A stretch of 64,000 nucleotides of DNA, from the NCBI RefSeq assembly GCF_009914755.1, contig NC_060943.1; one strand, 5' to 3'. How positions within the stretch are numbered: the stretch's first letter is position 1; every line of letters starts with the position of its first letter. This document shows positions 1-18,285 of this stretch, piece by piece. Source of the DNA: the human T2T-CHM13v2.0 reference genome, Homo sapiens. A program made the translations under genes and the position numbers. Under the pieces are notes generated by a model, which was given only the letters and a program-made list of their open reading frames with translations, made no database searches and was not told where the DNA came from.

Positions 1-1193
<1,193 letters not shown>

Positions 1194-1325
1194 ATAGCCA
1201 CATAAACATGTTTCCCTTAGTTTAGAAGGGAAAAACAATTTTCTGGAGATATCAAGGGCTGTGTCCCCACCGCAAGTCAATGCTTTTTGATGATCCTAAG
1301 GACCTAATCAAGAGAGTTTCCTTGA

Positions 1326-1688
<363 letters not shown>

Positions 1689-1801
1689 TCTCTGACTTTA
1701 GAGGAAACTTTCAGTGAAAGGAGCGTACCCCATAAGTGTATATATCTACTATATACCCACAAAAATTCTTTTAAAAAGTTAAAGAAAGGAGTGATAAGGT
1801 G

Positions 1802-2350
1802 TGTGATGGTTAATACTGAGTGTCAACTTGATTAAACTGAAGGATGCAAAGTATTGATCCTGGGTGTGTCTGTGAGGGTGTTGCCAAAAAAGATTAACAT
1901 TTGAGTCAGTGAACTGAAGGAGGCAGACCCACCCTCAATCCGTGTGGGCACCATCTAATCAGCTGCCAGTGTGGCTAGAATACAGCAGGCAGAAGAAATT
2001 GGAAGGAGCCGACTTGCTGAGTCTTCCAGCTTTCGTCTTTCTCCCATGGTGAATGCTTCCTGCCCTCGAACATCAGACCTCAAGTTCTTCAGCTTTTGGA
2101 CTCTTGGACTTACAGCAGTGGTTTACCAGAGGTTCTTGGGCCTTCAGCCACAGACTGAAGGCTGCACTATTGGCTTCCCTAATTTTGAGGTTGTGGGACT
2201 CAGATTGTCTTCCTTTCTGCTCAGCTTGAAGACGATCTATTGTGGGACTTCACCTTGCGATAATGTGAGTCAATACTCCTTAATAAACTCCACTTCATAT
2301 ATATATCTATCCTATTAGTTCTGTCCCTCTAGAGAAGCCTGACTAATAGA
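1802..2350. mobile_element. MLT2A (ERVL) solo LTR
   Basis: TGTGATGGTTAATACTGAGTGTCAACTTG start and GACTAATAGA end. 5-bp TSD AGGTG at 1797-1801 and 2351-2355. Confidence 0.85.
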
Positions 2351-2355
2351 AGGTG

Positions 2356-3112
2356 CTAGGAGGTTAGATATCTGGAAGGCAGGTGAGTTATTGGAGAAGG
2401 AGTAAAAATTAATCAAATAAATAAATAATTGGGTTCACCTAATGTCTAACATGGTCTCTTGGGAACAGAGAATGAGCAGGAAAAATTTCCTTACTGTCCA
2501 GACAGGAGTCCACAGAGAAATCAGACACTTACGGGTTAGTAAGTTCCAGCAGTAAGAGGGGAGGTGCCTAATGAGCAGATACAGGGAGCTGTGGCCCTCA
2601 GAGAATACAATAGAGAAAAAAAATGTCTAACAAACCCACTAATAGATTAACCCTCACAAGGAAATAATTGCAAAGTAAAGCTTGCTATCATACCCCAAAA
2701 GTAGGCTAGCTAATCTGAGTCCCAGACTGGGGACTGGGCTGAATGGGACCCTTCAGCCCATTCCAGGTGGGAATGGAAGTTCAATTGTTAAGACTCTGCA
2801 CAGGACATGATCTCATTCCTTTTTATGGCTGCATAGTATTCCATGGTGTATATGTACCACGTTTTCTTCAACCAGTCTGTTGTTGATGGGCATTTAGGTC
2901 GAGTCCATGTTTTCACTCCAATTAATGGATCTACTTTAAAAAATAGTGGTCATCTTTTGCCGCTATGTAGAACATAAATCTGGCTAGAGGACCTATGCCT
3001 CACTCTTTCCTGCTGTCTCGTCTGGGGACAGAGCTTCATCCTCTATCATCAACCATTCAGGGTAAAATTCAGACTTCCATCTGGAGATCCTCTTCTCTGA
3101 GACCCCATCCAG
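2356..3112 (+). promoter_or_regulatory. Inverted (plus-strand) orphan copy of the upstream exon and promoter module
   Basis: Reverse-complement homology to the other modules: TCTCTTGGGA at 2455-2464, CTAATGAG at about 2568-2575 and donor CAG|GTGAGC after 3112. Confidence 0.65.
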
Positions 3113-3618
3113 GTGAGCCCAGGAGCCCTCAGCAGGTTTCATGGGAAAGGTTCAGAGAGAACGGAAGCTGGGAATGTTTACCTGAAGTCACCTGAGAGCC
3201 AATCCAACTTAGGCCAGCGCCAAGAGGTTGCTATGTTTGTTTGCTTAGTTGACTGATTATTTCATAATCAATCTATTTAGTATGCTAAAAAGAGCAGTGT
3301 CTGTTAGACTCAGCAATGCAGAGACCACTGCTGACAATTAAGTGGTGGGAATGGAATTCCAATTGGTAAGACTGAAGAAGGAATGGGAGCTAAAAAGTGG
3401 TGCTGGTAACATCAGTTCATAGTCAAGGAGTTTTGCAGGTAAGAGAGAAAAAAAACTGAGTATTAAGTGTAAAGGATATGCAGCAAAGTGAGGGCTTTTA
3501 AAATATTTTTAATATTGGGTGTATTTTGAGTATGTTCCTGTATCCATTAAAAAGATCACACCAATGTATTATTTGCAAATGCTACCTTGCCACAGCAGTT
3601 AATAAGTCATACATTTTA

Positions 3619-3620
3619 TT

Positions 3621-3667
<47 letters not shown>

Positions 3668-3959
3668 TTTTTGAGACGGAGTCTCGCTCTGTCCCCTAGA
3701 CTGGAGCGCAGTAGTGGCACGATCTCGGCTCACTGCAAGCTCCGCCTCCCAGGTTCACGGCGTTCTCTTGCCTCAGCCTCCCGAGTAGCTGCGACTACAG
3801 TTGCCCGCCACTACGCCCGGCTAATTTTTTTGAATTTTTTAGTAGAGATGGGGTTTCACCGTGTAACCCAGGATGGTCTCGATCTCCTGACCTCGTGATC
3901 CGCCCGTCTCTGCCTCCCAAAATGCTGGGATTACAGGCGTGAGCCACCGCGCCCGGCTG
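3619..3959 (-). mobile_element. AluY with (TTTA)n tail
   Basis: CpG-rich. TSD ATAAGTCATACATTTTA at 3602-3618 and 3960-3976. Confidence 0.92.
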
Positions 3960-4469
3960 ATAAGTCATACATTTTAAAGTATCTTTTCTCATGCGGGTTA
4001 TCCAGATGAAAAAAATATGTTTATTTAATAAGTGAAAAGGGGTATGATAGCAAGCTTTACTTTGCAATTACTTCCTTACTTGTGAGGCTTAATCGATTAG
4101 TGGGTTTGTTAGATAGTTCCTGTTTCTATTGCAAACAGTCTTTGCGAGATCTTTGCTTTTGTATAGCGAGTTTGCAGTGTTTTCATTCCTGTATTTGATT
4201 GCATTTTTTTCAAACATAAGAATGGGAGTTGGTGAACGTTTTTTCACCAACGTTGTTGTTTGCCATTTAGTTCTTTTTGTATTTATAGATGCGCTTGGGG
4301 TGAATGCGTTAAAGTTTATCAGTTTTGTGCGGTCAGGTCTATCAGTGGGTCACACTGTGTATCTCCCTTCTGTTGCATTTTAGATAGTTTAGAGAGTTTA
4401 AAAAGCTTTCTACATATTTCATCGCAATAAATCACCTTTTATATGTATTTCCACCTTATTTCACACATT

Positions 4470-5160
4470 TTTTTCTTTCTTTTTTATTATACTTTAAGTT
4501 TTAGGGTACATGTGCACAACACGCAGGTTGGTTACATATGTACACATGTGCCATGTTGGCGTGCTGCACCTATTAACTCGTCATTTAGCATTAGGTATAT
4601 CTCCCCCCTCCCCCTGCCCCATAACAGTCCCCGGTGTGTGATATTCCCCTTCCTGTGTCCACATCTTTTTTCTTTATTGCCACCTTTCTTTTTTCTTTTT
4701 TGCAATCAGATCTATTTTTTTTAAATTTAAAATTTTATTTTAATTTCGGGGGTACATGTGCAGGATATGCAGGTTTGTTACATAGGTAAACATGTGCCAT
4801 GGTGGTTTGCTGCACCCATCAACCCATCACCTAGGTATTAAGCCCAGCATGCATTAGCTATTTTTTTTAATGCTCTCCTTCCCCTCACCCCCACCCCCTG
4901 ACAGGCTCCAGTGTGTGTCGTTCCCCTCCCTGTGTCCCCGTGTTCTCACTCTTCAGCTCCCAGTTATAAGTGGGAACATGTGGTATTTGGTTTTCTGTTT
5001 CTGGGTCAGTTTGCTGAGGATAATGGCTTTCAGCTCCAGCCACATCCCTGCAAAGGACATGATCTTATTCCTTTATATGGCTGCATAGTATTCCAGGGTG
5101 TATATGTACTACATTTTCTTTAACCAGTCTATTGTTGATGGGCATTTAGGTTGATTCCAC
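4470..5160 (-). mobile_element. Two truncated L1PA 3' ends (about 4470-4660 and 4725-5160)
   Basis: L1PA 3'UTR consensus in antisense (GTACATGTGCA...GTTTGTTACATAGG). Confidence 0.85.
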
Positions 5161-5459
5161 GTTTCCAATTAATCAGAACTACTTTTAAAAATAGTGGTTA
5201 TCTTTTGCCACTATGTGGAACATATTCTTATACCCACGTTGAGATTTCCTGTGTATTCTTCATGTAAGCATATTTTAATCCATTTCAGTTTGTATAAGAT
5301 GAAATCATAACTTTACATACTGTTGTTTTCTTCCACTGCTTTAAGAAAGTATATTTTTATATTCTTTCATTTCCAAGTTTTTGTCAACTTAATCTCAAAT
5401 TCGAAACCCATGTTGATGTGATTAATGGTTATTTTCTATCTTTTTCTTTGATCATTTAT

Positions 5460-5773
5460 TTTATTTTTATGCGTTTATTTATTTATTTAGAGATACAGTC
5501 TCGCTCTGTCACCCAGCCTGGAGTGCAGTGGCACAATTTCAGCTCACTGCAGCCTCAACCTCTTGGGTTCAAGTGATTCTTGTGCCTCAGCCTCCTGAGT
5601 AGCTGGGATTACAGGCATGCGCCGCCACTCTGCCCAGCTAATTTTTTGTATTTGTAGTAGAGACAGGGTTTTACCATGGCAGTCAGGCTGGTCTCAAACT
5701 CCTGGCCTCAGGTTGATCTGCCCACCTTGGCCTCCCAAAGTGCTGGGATTACAGGCATGAGCCACTGCGCCGG
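5460..5773 (-). mobile_element. AluS
   Basis: Alu consensus. Confidence 0.9.
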
Positions 5774-5909
5774 GATAGATCATTTATTTTAGAATTTTAT
5801 TCAGTTTTGTTCAATGTGGTTGTTTTGAATCCACCTTATTTAACCAAGCTTTATTTTCCCAGCCATTCCTTTTGTTTAATAAGTTCTTAATTTAAAAAAA
5901 TGTGTTTCT

Positions 5910-6132
5910 CAATGAAAATACATGGACATGGGGAGGGGAACATCACACATGGGGGCCTGTTGGGGGGTCGGGGGCAAGGGGAGGGAGATCATTAGGACAA
6001 ATACCTAATGCATGAGGGGCTTAAAACCTAGATGACGGGTTGACAGGTGCAGCAAACCACCATGGCACATGTATAGCTATGTAACAAACCTGCACGTTCT
6101 GCACATGTATCCCAGACCTTAAAGAAAAAAAA
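5910..6132 (+). mobile_element. L1PA 3' end
   Basis: L1PA 3'UTR with A-rich tail. Confidence 0.85.
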
Positions 6133-6505
6133 TCACACAGGAAAAAAAAAAGTGTTCCTATGTAGACGTACAACTTTTTGTGAAACCACAACAGTGAAGA
6201 AAGCAGGTGAAATCCCTGCTAATTTAGATCTTACCTTGTAATGGAAAGGGCAGAAAACAATGGAATAAATGTGTGTCTGACATAAAGTCCCCAGAGGTAA
6301 GTCATATGAAGAAAAATGATAGATTGTCGTGGCAGGGGCAGGATTTTCTAAAGTATGGTCTGGGGAGGTCTTTGCATCTTGCACGAGGAACGGAATTGGA
6401 CTAGAGAGTGCCCACTGGATTTGTCAGAAAAGAGGGAAAAACTCAATACCTGGGAATTACAAAGAACAGATCCCACAAGGAAAAGTGAGAGAAAGGCCTG
6501 CCTCA

Positions 6506-6877
<372 letters not shown>

Positions 6878-7459
6878 TCAGGGGTCTGATGTGAATTCTG
6901 TAATGAGGCAAGTGGATCAATGAAATTCTGCTCAGGGTATGGGCCCTGGAGTCCGGAGATAATGTCAGTTCTACGCTGGCTACCTGTTCTCCCAACAGTG
7001 TGGCTCTTCTCTTGAGCTCTTCATTCAGGCTGCATTTCCCAGGAACTTGCCTTAAAAACAAAAAACAAAAAACAAAACAAAACTATTCCGCCTTTACTGC
7101 AGTGGATTCCACACTCTTTGTGTCTGAAAGTAAGAAATACCTTTTACATCATGAGCCAGCATGCCTGCACATGCAAATATACACACACAGGTGGCTGAAG
7201 AAAGAGTATCATGAAACTAGTTTGTAGGTACCCTTATCATATATGATGTGCTTGAATATTTTCTTCTGCATTTTATTCATTCTATGCTATTTAAATCTTA
7301 CGTACCATAGCACAACCCCTCAATCAGTCCCAATCTCAGAATATGGACAACATTCTCCTAGTGTGTCCTCCACACCTGTGTTAGCATCTCCCTGTATCTT
7401 TTATTTCCTCATCAGCAATTGCTGGGACAACACAAAATGTCCCTCACCATTGTCACCAT

Positions 7460-9580
<2,121 letters not shown>

Positions 9581-9789
9581 TTCCATTTACCTTTTCCCCT
9601 CTGATTCACATGAATAATAAAACAAAGTCCCCAGATTTTCTAGATAATAAGTGTATCCATACATGGAGCTCCCTAACTTTTATGGCTTTCACCCAAGGGA
9701 CAGGATCCTAAATTATTTAGCTCTGGGAGTTGATGGGGCTCTGCATTCATGAATCCCTTGAAACCAAAGAGAACAAAGAGGTAACTTTC

Positions 9790-10415
9790 TTTTTCAACTT
9801 TTATTTTAGAATCATGGGGTATATGTGTAGGTTTGTTACAAAGATATATTGTGTGACACTAAAGTTTGGGGTATGGCTGAACCCATCACCCAGGTAGTGA
9901 GTACCCAAGAGGTAGTTTTTCAGCCCTTTTCCTACTCCCTTTCTCCCCACTATAGTAGTCTCCAGTGTCTGTTGATCCCAACTTTATGTCCGTGTGTACC
10001 CAATGTTTAGCTCGCACTTATAAGCGAGAACATGAAGTATTTGGTTTTCTGTTTCTGCATTAGTTCACTTAGGATAATGGCCTTGAGTTCTCTCCATGTA
10101 GCTACAAAGGACATGTTTTTTTCTTTTTTATGGCTGCATAGTATTCCCTGGTGTGTACATACTACATTTTCTTTATCCAATACACCATTGATGAGCACCT
10201 GCAATGATTCCATGTCTTTGCTATTGTGAATAGCACCACAGTGAACATATGGGTGAATGAGTCCTTTTGGCAGGATGATTTATTTTCCTTTGGCTATATA
10301 CTCAATAATGGGATTTCTGGGTCAAATGGTAGTTCAACTCAGTTTTTTGAGAAATCTCCAAACCGCTTCCCACAGTGGCTGGACTAATTTACATTCCCAC
10401 CAACAGTGTATAAGT
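9790..10415 (-). mobile_element. Older L1PA 3' fragment
   Basis: Antisense L1 3'UTR and ORF2 end. Confidence 0.8.
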
Positions 10416-11050
10416 GGATATTATGCTCATGAAATAAGCCAGAGAGAGGAATAAAAAATGCTACATTATTTCACTTATATGTGGAATCTAAACAATGTCA
10501 AATACTGACCAGGTGTGGTGGTGGTTCATGCCTGTAATCCCAGCATTTTGGGAGGTCAAGATGGGATCACCATTTGAACTCAGGAATTTGAGACCATCCT
10601 GGGCAACAGAGCAAGATGTCATCTCTACTAAAAATATGAACAAGTGAGCCAGGCATGGTGGTGTGAGCCTGTGGTTCCAGCTACTCAGGAGGCTGAGGCA
10701 AGAGGATGGCTTCAGCCTGGGAGATCGAGGCTTCAGTGAGCTACCATCACACCACTCTACTTCAGTCTGGGTGACAGATTGAGATCTTGTGCTTAAAATG
10801 TAAAATACATAGAAATAGAGAGTACAATTCTGGTTATGGAGGGGTGAGAATGGGAGGAGTGGGGAATGGGAAAATGTGGGTCAAAACGTACAGAGTTGTG
10901 GTTATGTAGGATGAATAAGCCTAGACATCTAATGTACACTATGACGACTATAGTTAAAAATATTATACTGTACACTGTGAATTTTCTAAGAGTAGAGTTT
11001 AGGTGCTCTTTCCACCAAAAAAGGTAACTATTTGAGGCGATGGACTCAGG
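10416..11050 (+). mobile_element. L1M 3' fragment with nested AluJ (about 10508-10795)
   Basis: L1M 3'UTR-like sequence plus a diverged Alu. Confidence 0.7.
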
Positions 11051-11059
11051 ATCTTTTCA

Positions 11060-11461
11060 TTTGCTTTAGCCAAAAGAATATGGTGGAATTGAGTGTCCCT
11101 CAAGGGAACTTGGCATGTTTCTGTTGCTCTCTCCTGTAACTCTGCCTCTGCCATGCAAACAAGTCCAGGCCAGCCAGCTTTAGGAGGAGAGGACATGTAA
11201 AGCCATGTTAAGACAGTTGGCAAGCTGTCCCAACTGTGGCCACCCTAGGTCAGCCCACAGCCAACAAGCCTCCAAATGTAAGAGAACTCGGGCAAGATCA
11301 GCAAAGCCCTACTGTTGACTCACAGCTGACTACAGCTTCATGAGGAGGACAGCAGAGACCAGAAGACACCCCCAACGTAGACTCCCTATGAGACAAGAAA
11401 AGCATCATCTTAAACCATTTACTATGAGATGACTTGTTATTCAGCAATAGCTTACTGATAC
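11060..11461 (+). mobile_element. MLT1-type MaLR LTR remnant
   Basis: Ends ...TTGTTATTCAGCAATAGCTTACTGATACA. Shared by the paralogous 3' flanks. Confidence 0.6.
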
Positions 11462-12844
11462 AATAAGCATTGCAAATAGGACTGAGGACATTCAGAATAG
11501 TCTGCTGCTTCTTATTTTGGCATTTGTTCTAATACTTGGAAGCATTCATGATTCCCTGGATACTCATGTATAATTCAGATAACTGTATTAAAAAAAAGAC
11601 TACTGTTGAGATTCCCCATCTAGGTGATCTGGAGAGGTTAGAATGAGATGTATGTTTTTTGCAGGAATAATTTGTGCACCTGAATCACAATTTTCCATTC
11701 CCAGAGACATAACGGGATAAGTTAAAGGTTTGGTGTGAGTCACCCTTTTCACCTGAATCACAATTCCCCATTCCCAGAGGCATGACTGGGGAGAAGCTCA
11801 AGGTTTTGTGTGAGTCATTCTTTAATCATGAGTATTTAAGAGAATTTAGAGCATAAAAGAGATGAATAAATTGATGATACATTGAATATTGTTCACTGAC
11901 CTGCACTTTAATGTTTACGACAAAATTTTATAATGAAGGAGGTATTTTGGTTAGTGGGATAGAAGGATTCGTATTTGTAGGGAGCACTAAAAATTTTGAA
12001 GCAAAAACAGAAGTATGGATGCATGAAACATTATAGACCATGGCACCAAATCCATCACTCCAATAAATAAACTTATATATGGGCACTAAGCTTCCATACT
12101 TCAATGAGTCCATGCACATCATAAAAACAAGTCTTCCATAGCAATTCAATGTATGATTGACAATTTTACTCCATCATATTTAAGGTCATCTCTGACTGTA
12201 AGTCCATATTAAGTTAATCAACATATGCAAGTTTGTCTTTCAGTGGGCATTGCACTCGGAACATATTTTTGATAAACAATTTTTGCCTTACCGTACTATG
12301 CCAGGGAGTATGGCAGATACTGTGGACATGGCACTGACAAAGACATGATGTCCTAATGAGGACAACACAATCTCATGACCAGCTGCAAAATACACAAGTA
12401 TGTTCAGGTCTACATTATCAGGAGGAGCATTGAAGGTAGAGACAGACATAGGACTGAAGAATACAAAAGTGAACAAATTGTGGTCTCAGGTCATATTCCA
12501 CTATAAATTTACATCAATTACCCCAATTGCCAAGTGTAGTCTATGCCACAGGAGACATACAACTCTTCCCTGTATGAGACAAATGGAAATCTCCAAAGTG
12601 TTTCTGATCCAAAGTCGGAAATAACCTTGAGAAAGTAGGAAAACAACAAAGAGAAAAAACTGTTGGATATCAGAGAGCAGAAAGCTTAATAAAAGGAGTT
12701 GCTTAAATTCTACAAGACCAGTTGAAATCACAACAAATTGAAACTCCCAGAAATATAATAAGTATTAATAGAAGGAGCAAGTTCTATTTCCACTATCTGA
12801 TTGAAGAATGACAGTTACTACCTCTGAAGCTTAGAGCCCTGCAA

Positions 12845-13804
12845 TCATGGGCACTTCTTGAAAAATTGCCCTTTCATTGTTCCCCACAACAAATGTATTC
12901 CCAGAGCCCTCTTTATGTCTTTATTCCTCAGACTATAGATAAAGGGGTTCAGCATGGGGGTGACCACAGTGTACATCACTGAGGCTGTTGCACTTGAGTG
13001 TGAGTTGCGGGTGGCAGCAGAACTAAGGTACACCCCTAGGATTGCACCATAAAATAAGGAGACAACTGAGAGGTGAGATGCACAGGTGGAAAATGCCTTG
13101 TACTTCCCCTGAGCTGATGAGATTGCATGTATGGAAGAAATTATCTTAGAGTAAGAGTAAAGGATCCCAGTCAGGGGACCTCCACCCAGCAGCGCAACTG
13201 TAAAATATATCACCATGTGATTAAGAAAGCTATCAGAACAAGCAAGTTGGATGACCTGATTAAGTTCACAGAAAAAGTGGGGGATTTCTAAGGCTGTGCA
13301 GAAGGACAGCCGTACTACCATTAAGATTTGTAGCAAGGAATACAGAGCACTCATGGTCCAGGATGCTAGAACCAGCAGTCCACAGAGGTGAGGGTTCATA
13401 ATGACCATGTAGTGCAGGGGGTGACAGATGGCCACAAACCGGTCATAGGCCATCACGGACAGGAGGAAGTTTTCAAATCCAGCAAAGAGTATGAAAAAAT
13501 ACATCTGCATGAGGCAGGCTATGTAGGTGATGACTTTGTTCTGTGTCTGGATGTTCATCAGCATTTTTGGAATGGTGGTGGAAGTAACACAAATGTCAGC
13601 AAAGGACAGGTTGGAGAGGAAGAAGTACATGGGGGTGTGGAGGTGGGAGTCTGAGATTGTGGCCAGGATGATGAGCAGGTTCCCGAGCACAGTGACCAGG
13701 TACATGGACAGGAACAGCCCAAAGAGGAAGGGTTGCAGTCCAGGTTCTTGTGAAAATCCCAGAAGAAGAAATTCTGAAATTTGTGTATCATTTCCTGGTT
13801 CCAT
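12845..13804 (-). CDS. OR7A5: Olfactory receptor family 7 subfamily A member 5 (319 aa class A GPCR)
   Basis: Intact ATG-TGA ORF with the OR motifs [40 protein letters not shown] and [12 protein letters not shown], plus an N-terminal NDT sequon. N-terminus [12 protein letters not shown] and tail [10 protein letters not shown] recognised as OR7A5. Confidence 0.95.
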
Positions 13805-13816
13805 TTGATTGAAGTG

Positions 13817-13850
13817 ACTATCAGAGAGAGAGAGAGAAAGAGGGAAACGA
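13817..13850 (-). other. Splice acceptor of the OR7A5 coding exon ((CT)n tract, GATAG|TCAC), 13 nt before the ATG
   Basis: AG at 13819-13818 follows a polypyrimidine tract. Equivalent acceptors give exon starts at 27452, 38522 and 50321. Confidence 0.75.
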
Positions 13851-14041
13851 GACAGGCATGCATTGCTAACCTTTCAGAAATACCATCATTTATATTTTAT
13901 AGCCAATAAATTATCTTACATTTTGTGTATGAATCTGGTTCTCTTTAAGGGATCTCCATGTCATCTCTGATTAGGAACTCCTTCCCACTCTCAGCCTTAA
14001 CTGAAGACAGCGTACATTCTGCAGTTAGAATAAGAACTTCT

Positions 14042-14489
<448 letters not shown>

Positions 14490-14755
14490 TTAAACAATCG
14501 AATATAAACAAATTAAACAATCACATAATATGTCAGATGGGAACAGGCGCTTGGAAAATAAACAAAGCAGGTAAAAAGGAGGGAGGGTATGAAGTGTTTC
14601 TTTTGTTTTTTGTTTGTTTGTTTGCTGATTATTATTCAAGACCTGCAAACAAGGTGATGTTTGAAAAAAGATCTCAAGGAAGACAGGGCAAGATTCATGA
14701 AGTTATCTGTTGAAGTGGGTGCCTGGCAGGAGGAATGGCAGTACAAAAACTTTGA

Positions 14756-15065
<310 letters not shown>

Positions 15066-15351
15066 GGGACGTGCTTCTTTCAGATGTTCAAGTCCAACAC
15101 AGAAGCCAGTGTGGCCAGGGAATCAGTAAGACGGAGAGTGATGGGACATGGTGTCAGAGGATGTTGCAGAATAAGGGGACCTGGCTGTCAAAACATCAAG
15201 GGACAAAGTGTCCATCTGTCTAGATGCTGTTGCACCTGCACTTTATTAACTGGACTAGAAAGGTGTCACATCAATTGAAATGCATCCCCTCTTTATTTCC
15301 TTCTGGTGTCTTGGGTTCTGGCCTCTGTTTCATTGGTCTCCTTTATAATAA

Positions 15352-15738
<387 letters not shown>

Positions 15739-16286
15739 TAATATCAGATTCTTTTTTCCCTACAGAATGTAGAATTGGTACAAGAAATTCCAGTTCACAA
15801 GTCTGTATACACATGTAAACTTGGACTTCCATTTTGGTATGACTGTTTTCAGCCCTGTGTTTAAAGAAACATAAAAGAGCTGTTCAATAAACAGAGTGAG
15901 AGAAATTAAACAGACCCCAGTAAGGAAAAAGTCTAATAAACTCAGGTAATCCCTCAGCAAAAGGACAAAAATACATTGCAAGGGTGCAACGGGTAGGTTA
16001 GCAAGAAAGGAACTGACTCCAAGGAGACAAAGGCTTGCTGGGGATCTTATAGGATGGAAAATAAAAGCGACCCTGGTTATGGTTACATTTCAGCTTCCAT
16101 TGTATCTCCTCGATGCCTGGCAAAATAAATAAAAGATCAAAAATAAAGAATTCTGACATCTTTATTGACTTCATGGTTTTTAATTTAACAATAGTATTTA
16201 ATTATGTCGGTTTTAATGATTATTAAAGTTTTAGCTTTCCTTTTGGAACTAGAAATAAGTAAATAAAGTTATCCAAAAGACAAGAC

Positions 16287-16731
16287 TGTGGAGTCCTAAT
16301 TAGGGAAATGGAGTCAGGCTGGCTGAAGCAGGGAAAAACAAAAAGAGAAGATAGATAAGCTCTAAGTCTGCCTTTCTTCATGGTCCAGGACACACAACCC
16401 TCGTGTGCCAATGACTCACAATCTTCCTGCACCCGTCTTATCACCTGACCCTCAGCTGATGGAAAAATGCAAGTTAGCTCACTGCAACCTTGGCATTATC
16501 AGTACCGCACAAAGCCCTCTTCAGCTCGCAGCACAAGCACTATCCTATAAAATCCCCAGCAAGCCTTTGCCTCCTTGCAGTCAGCTCCTTTCTTGCTAAC
16601 CTGCCCATTGCACCCTTGCAATGTATTATTATCCTTTCTCTAATTAAATTTGCCTTTCTTTATCTACAACTGTCTTGGTAAATTCTTACTGCCTACATGA
16701 TGCCGGCCCCAGATAGCTGCTACCCATGACA
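16287..16731 (+). mobile_element. ERV-class solo LTR in the OR7A5 intron
   Basis: TG...CA ends, TATAAAA at about 16546 and ATTAAA at about 16643. Confidence 0.7.
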
Positions 16732-16994
16732 AAAACTAATGATACCTTTTTTGGCAACAAAGGTACAGATCGCATATCCTAATAGAAAAATGGAGCAAAG
16801 AGAATAAGCCAACAATTCACAAAAAGAAACATACAAACAATGACAAGATTTGGGCATTTTTATATGAAACAGTAAAAGACTCATTTTTTTCTGTGCCTAT
16901 TCCATATTTACTTGATCAATTGGTTTTTATATGAATTGAGAGTGGATGAAGCAGTCCCTTTCTCACTTTTCTTGTATTTCCTGTGTGGCCTTTA

Positions 16995-17305
16995 TTTTAT
17001 TTTATTATTTTATTATTATTTTTTTGAGACAGAGTCTCGCTCTGTCGCCCAGGTTGGAGTGCAATGGTGCAATATTGGCTCACTGCAAGCTCAGCCTCCC
17101 GGGTTCACGCCATTCTCCTGCCTCAGCCTCCTGAGTAGCTGGCATTACAGGTGCCCGCCACTGTGCCCGGCTAATTTTTGTATTTTTAGTAGAGATGGGG
17201 TTTCACCATGTTAGCCAGGATGGTCTCGATCTCCTGACCTCGTGATCCGCCTGCCTCGGCCTCCCAAAGTGCTGGGATTACAGGCGTGAGCCACCGCGCC
17301 TGGCC
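16995..17305 (-). mobile_element. AluY
   Basis: Y diagnostics (GCAAGCTC, GGGTTCACGCCATT). Confidence 0.92.
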
Positions 17306-17479
17306 TATTTTATTTTTTTTTTGCTACTTGTGGACTTTGAATTTTGATCACTTTTTTGACAAATCCAATGAGCTTGTTTCTGGTCTTTGTCCAACATGAA
17401 AATGCCTGCCCAGACCATATTACATATTAAATTTTGCACACGTCATGACTATTCTATTCTATTCTGTTGTATTCTATTT

Positions 17480-17794
<315 letters not shown>

Positions 17795-17929
17795 TAAGAA
17801 ATATTCTTTATTTGATTTACACCTTATGACATTGCATCATGCACCTTTATTTAATTCTACTGTATTTTCACCATTATAGCACAAGGTCAAAATGAGCAGG
17901 GATGTTACCATGGATGTTCACTTATGTAT

Positions 17930-18285
17930 TTTTTTCCCTCCTTCCCTCCCTCCCTCCCTTCCTTCCTTCTCTCTCTCTTTCTTTCTTTTTTCTTTTCTTT
18001 TTTTTTTTTAATGGAGCCTTGCTCTGTCACCAGGCTGGAGTGCAGTGGCGCGATCTCGGCTGACTGGCAACCTCCGCCTCCTGGGTTCAAGCGATTCTCC
18101 TGCCTCAACCTCCCAAGTAGCTGGGATTACAGTCATGAGCCACAACACCTGGCTAATTTTTGTATTTTTAATAGAGTCGGGGTTTCACCATGTTGGCCAG
18201 GATGGTCTCGATCTCCTGACCCCGTGATCCACCCACCTCGGCCTCCCAAAGTGTTGGGATTACAGGCCTGAGCCACAGTGCCTGG
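17930..18285 (-). mobile_element. AluS with CT-rich low-complexity tail
   Basis: Alu consensus. Confidence 0.9.

Noticed and set aside
13388-13808. Plus-strand ORFs antisense to the OR CDSs (also 27163-27447, 38232-38522, 50034-50375) that resemble each other
   Set aside because: Their similarity simply mirrors conservation of the sense OR coding sequence.
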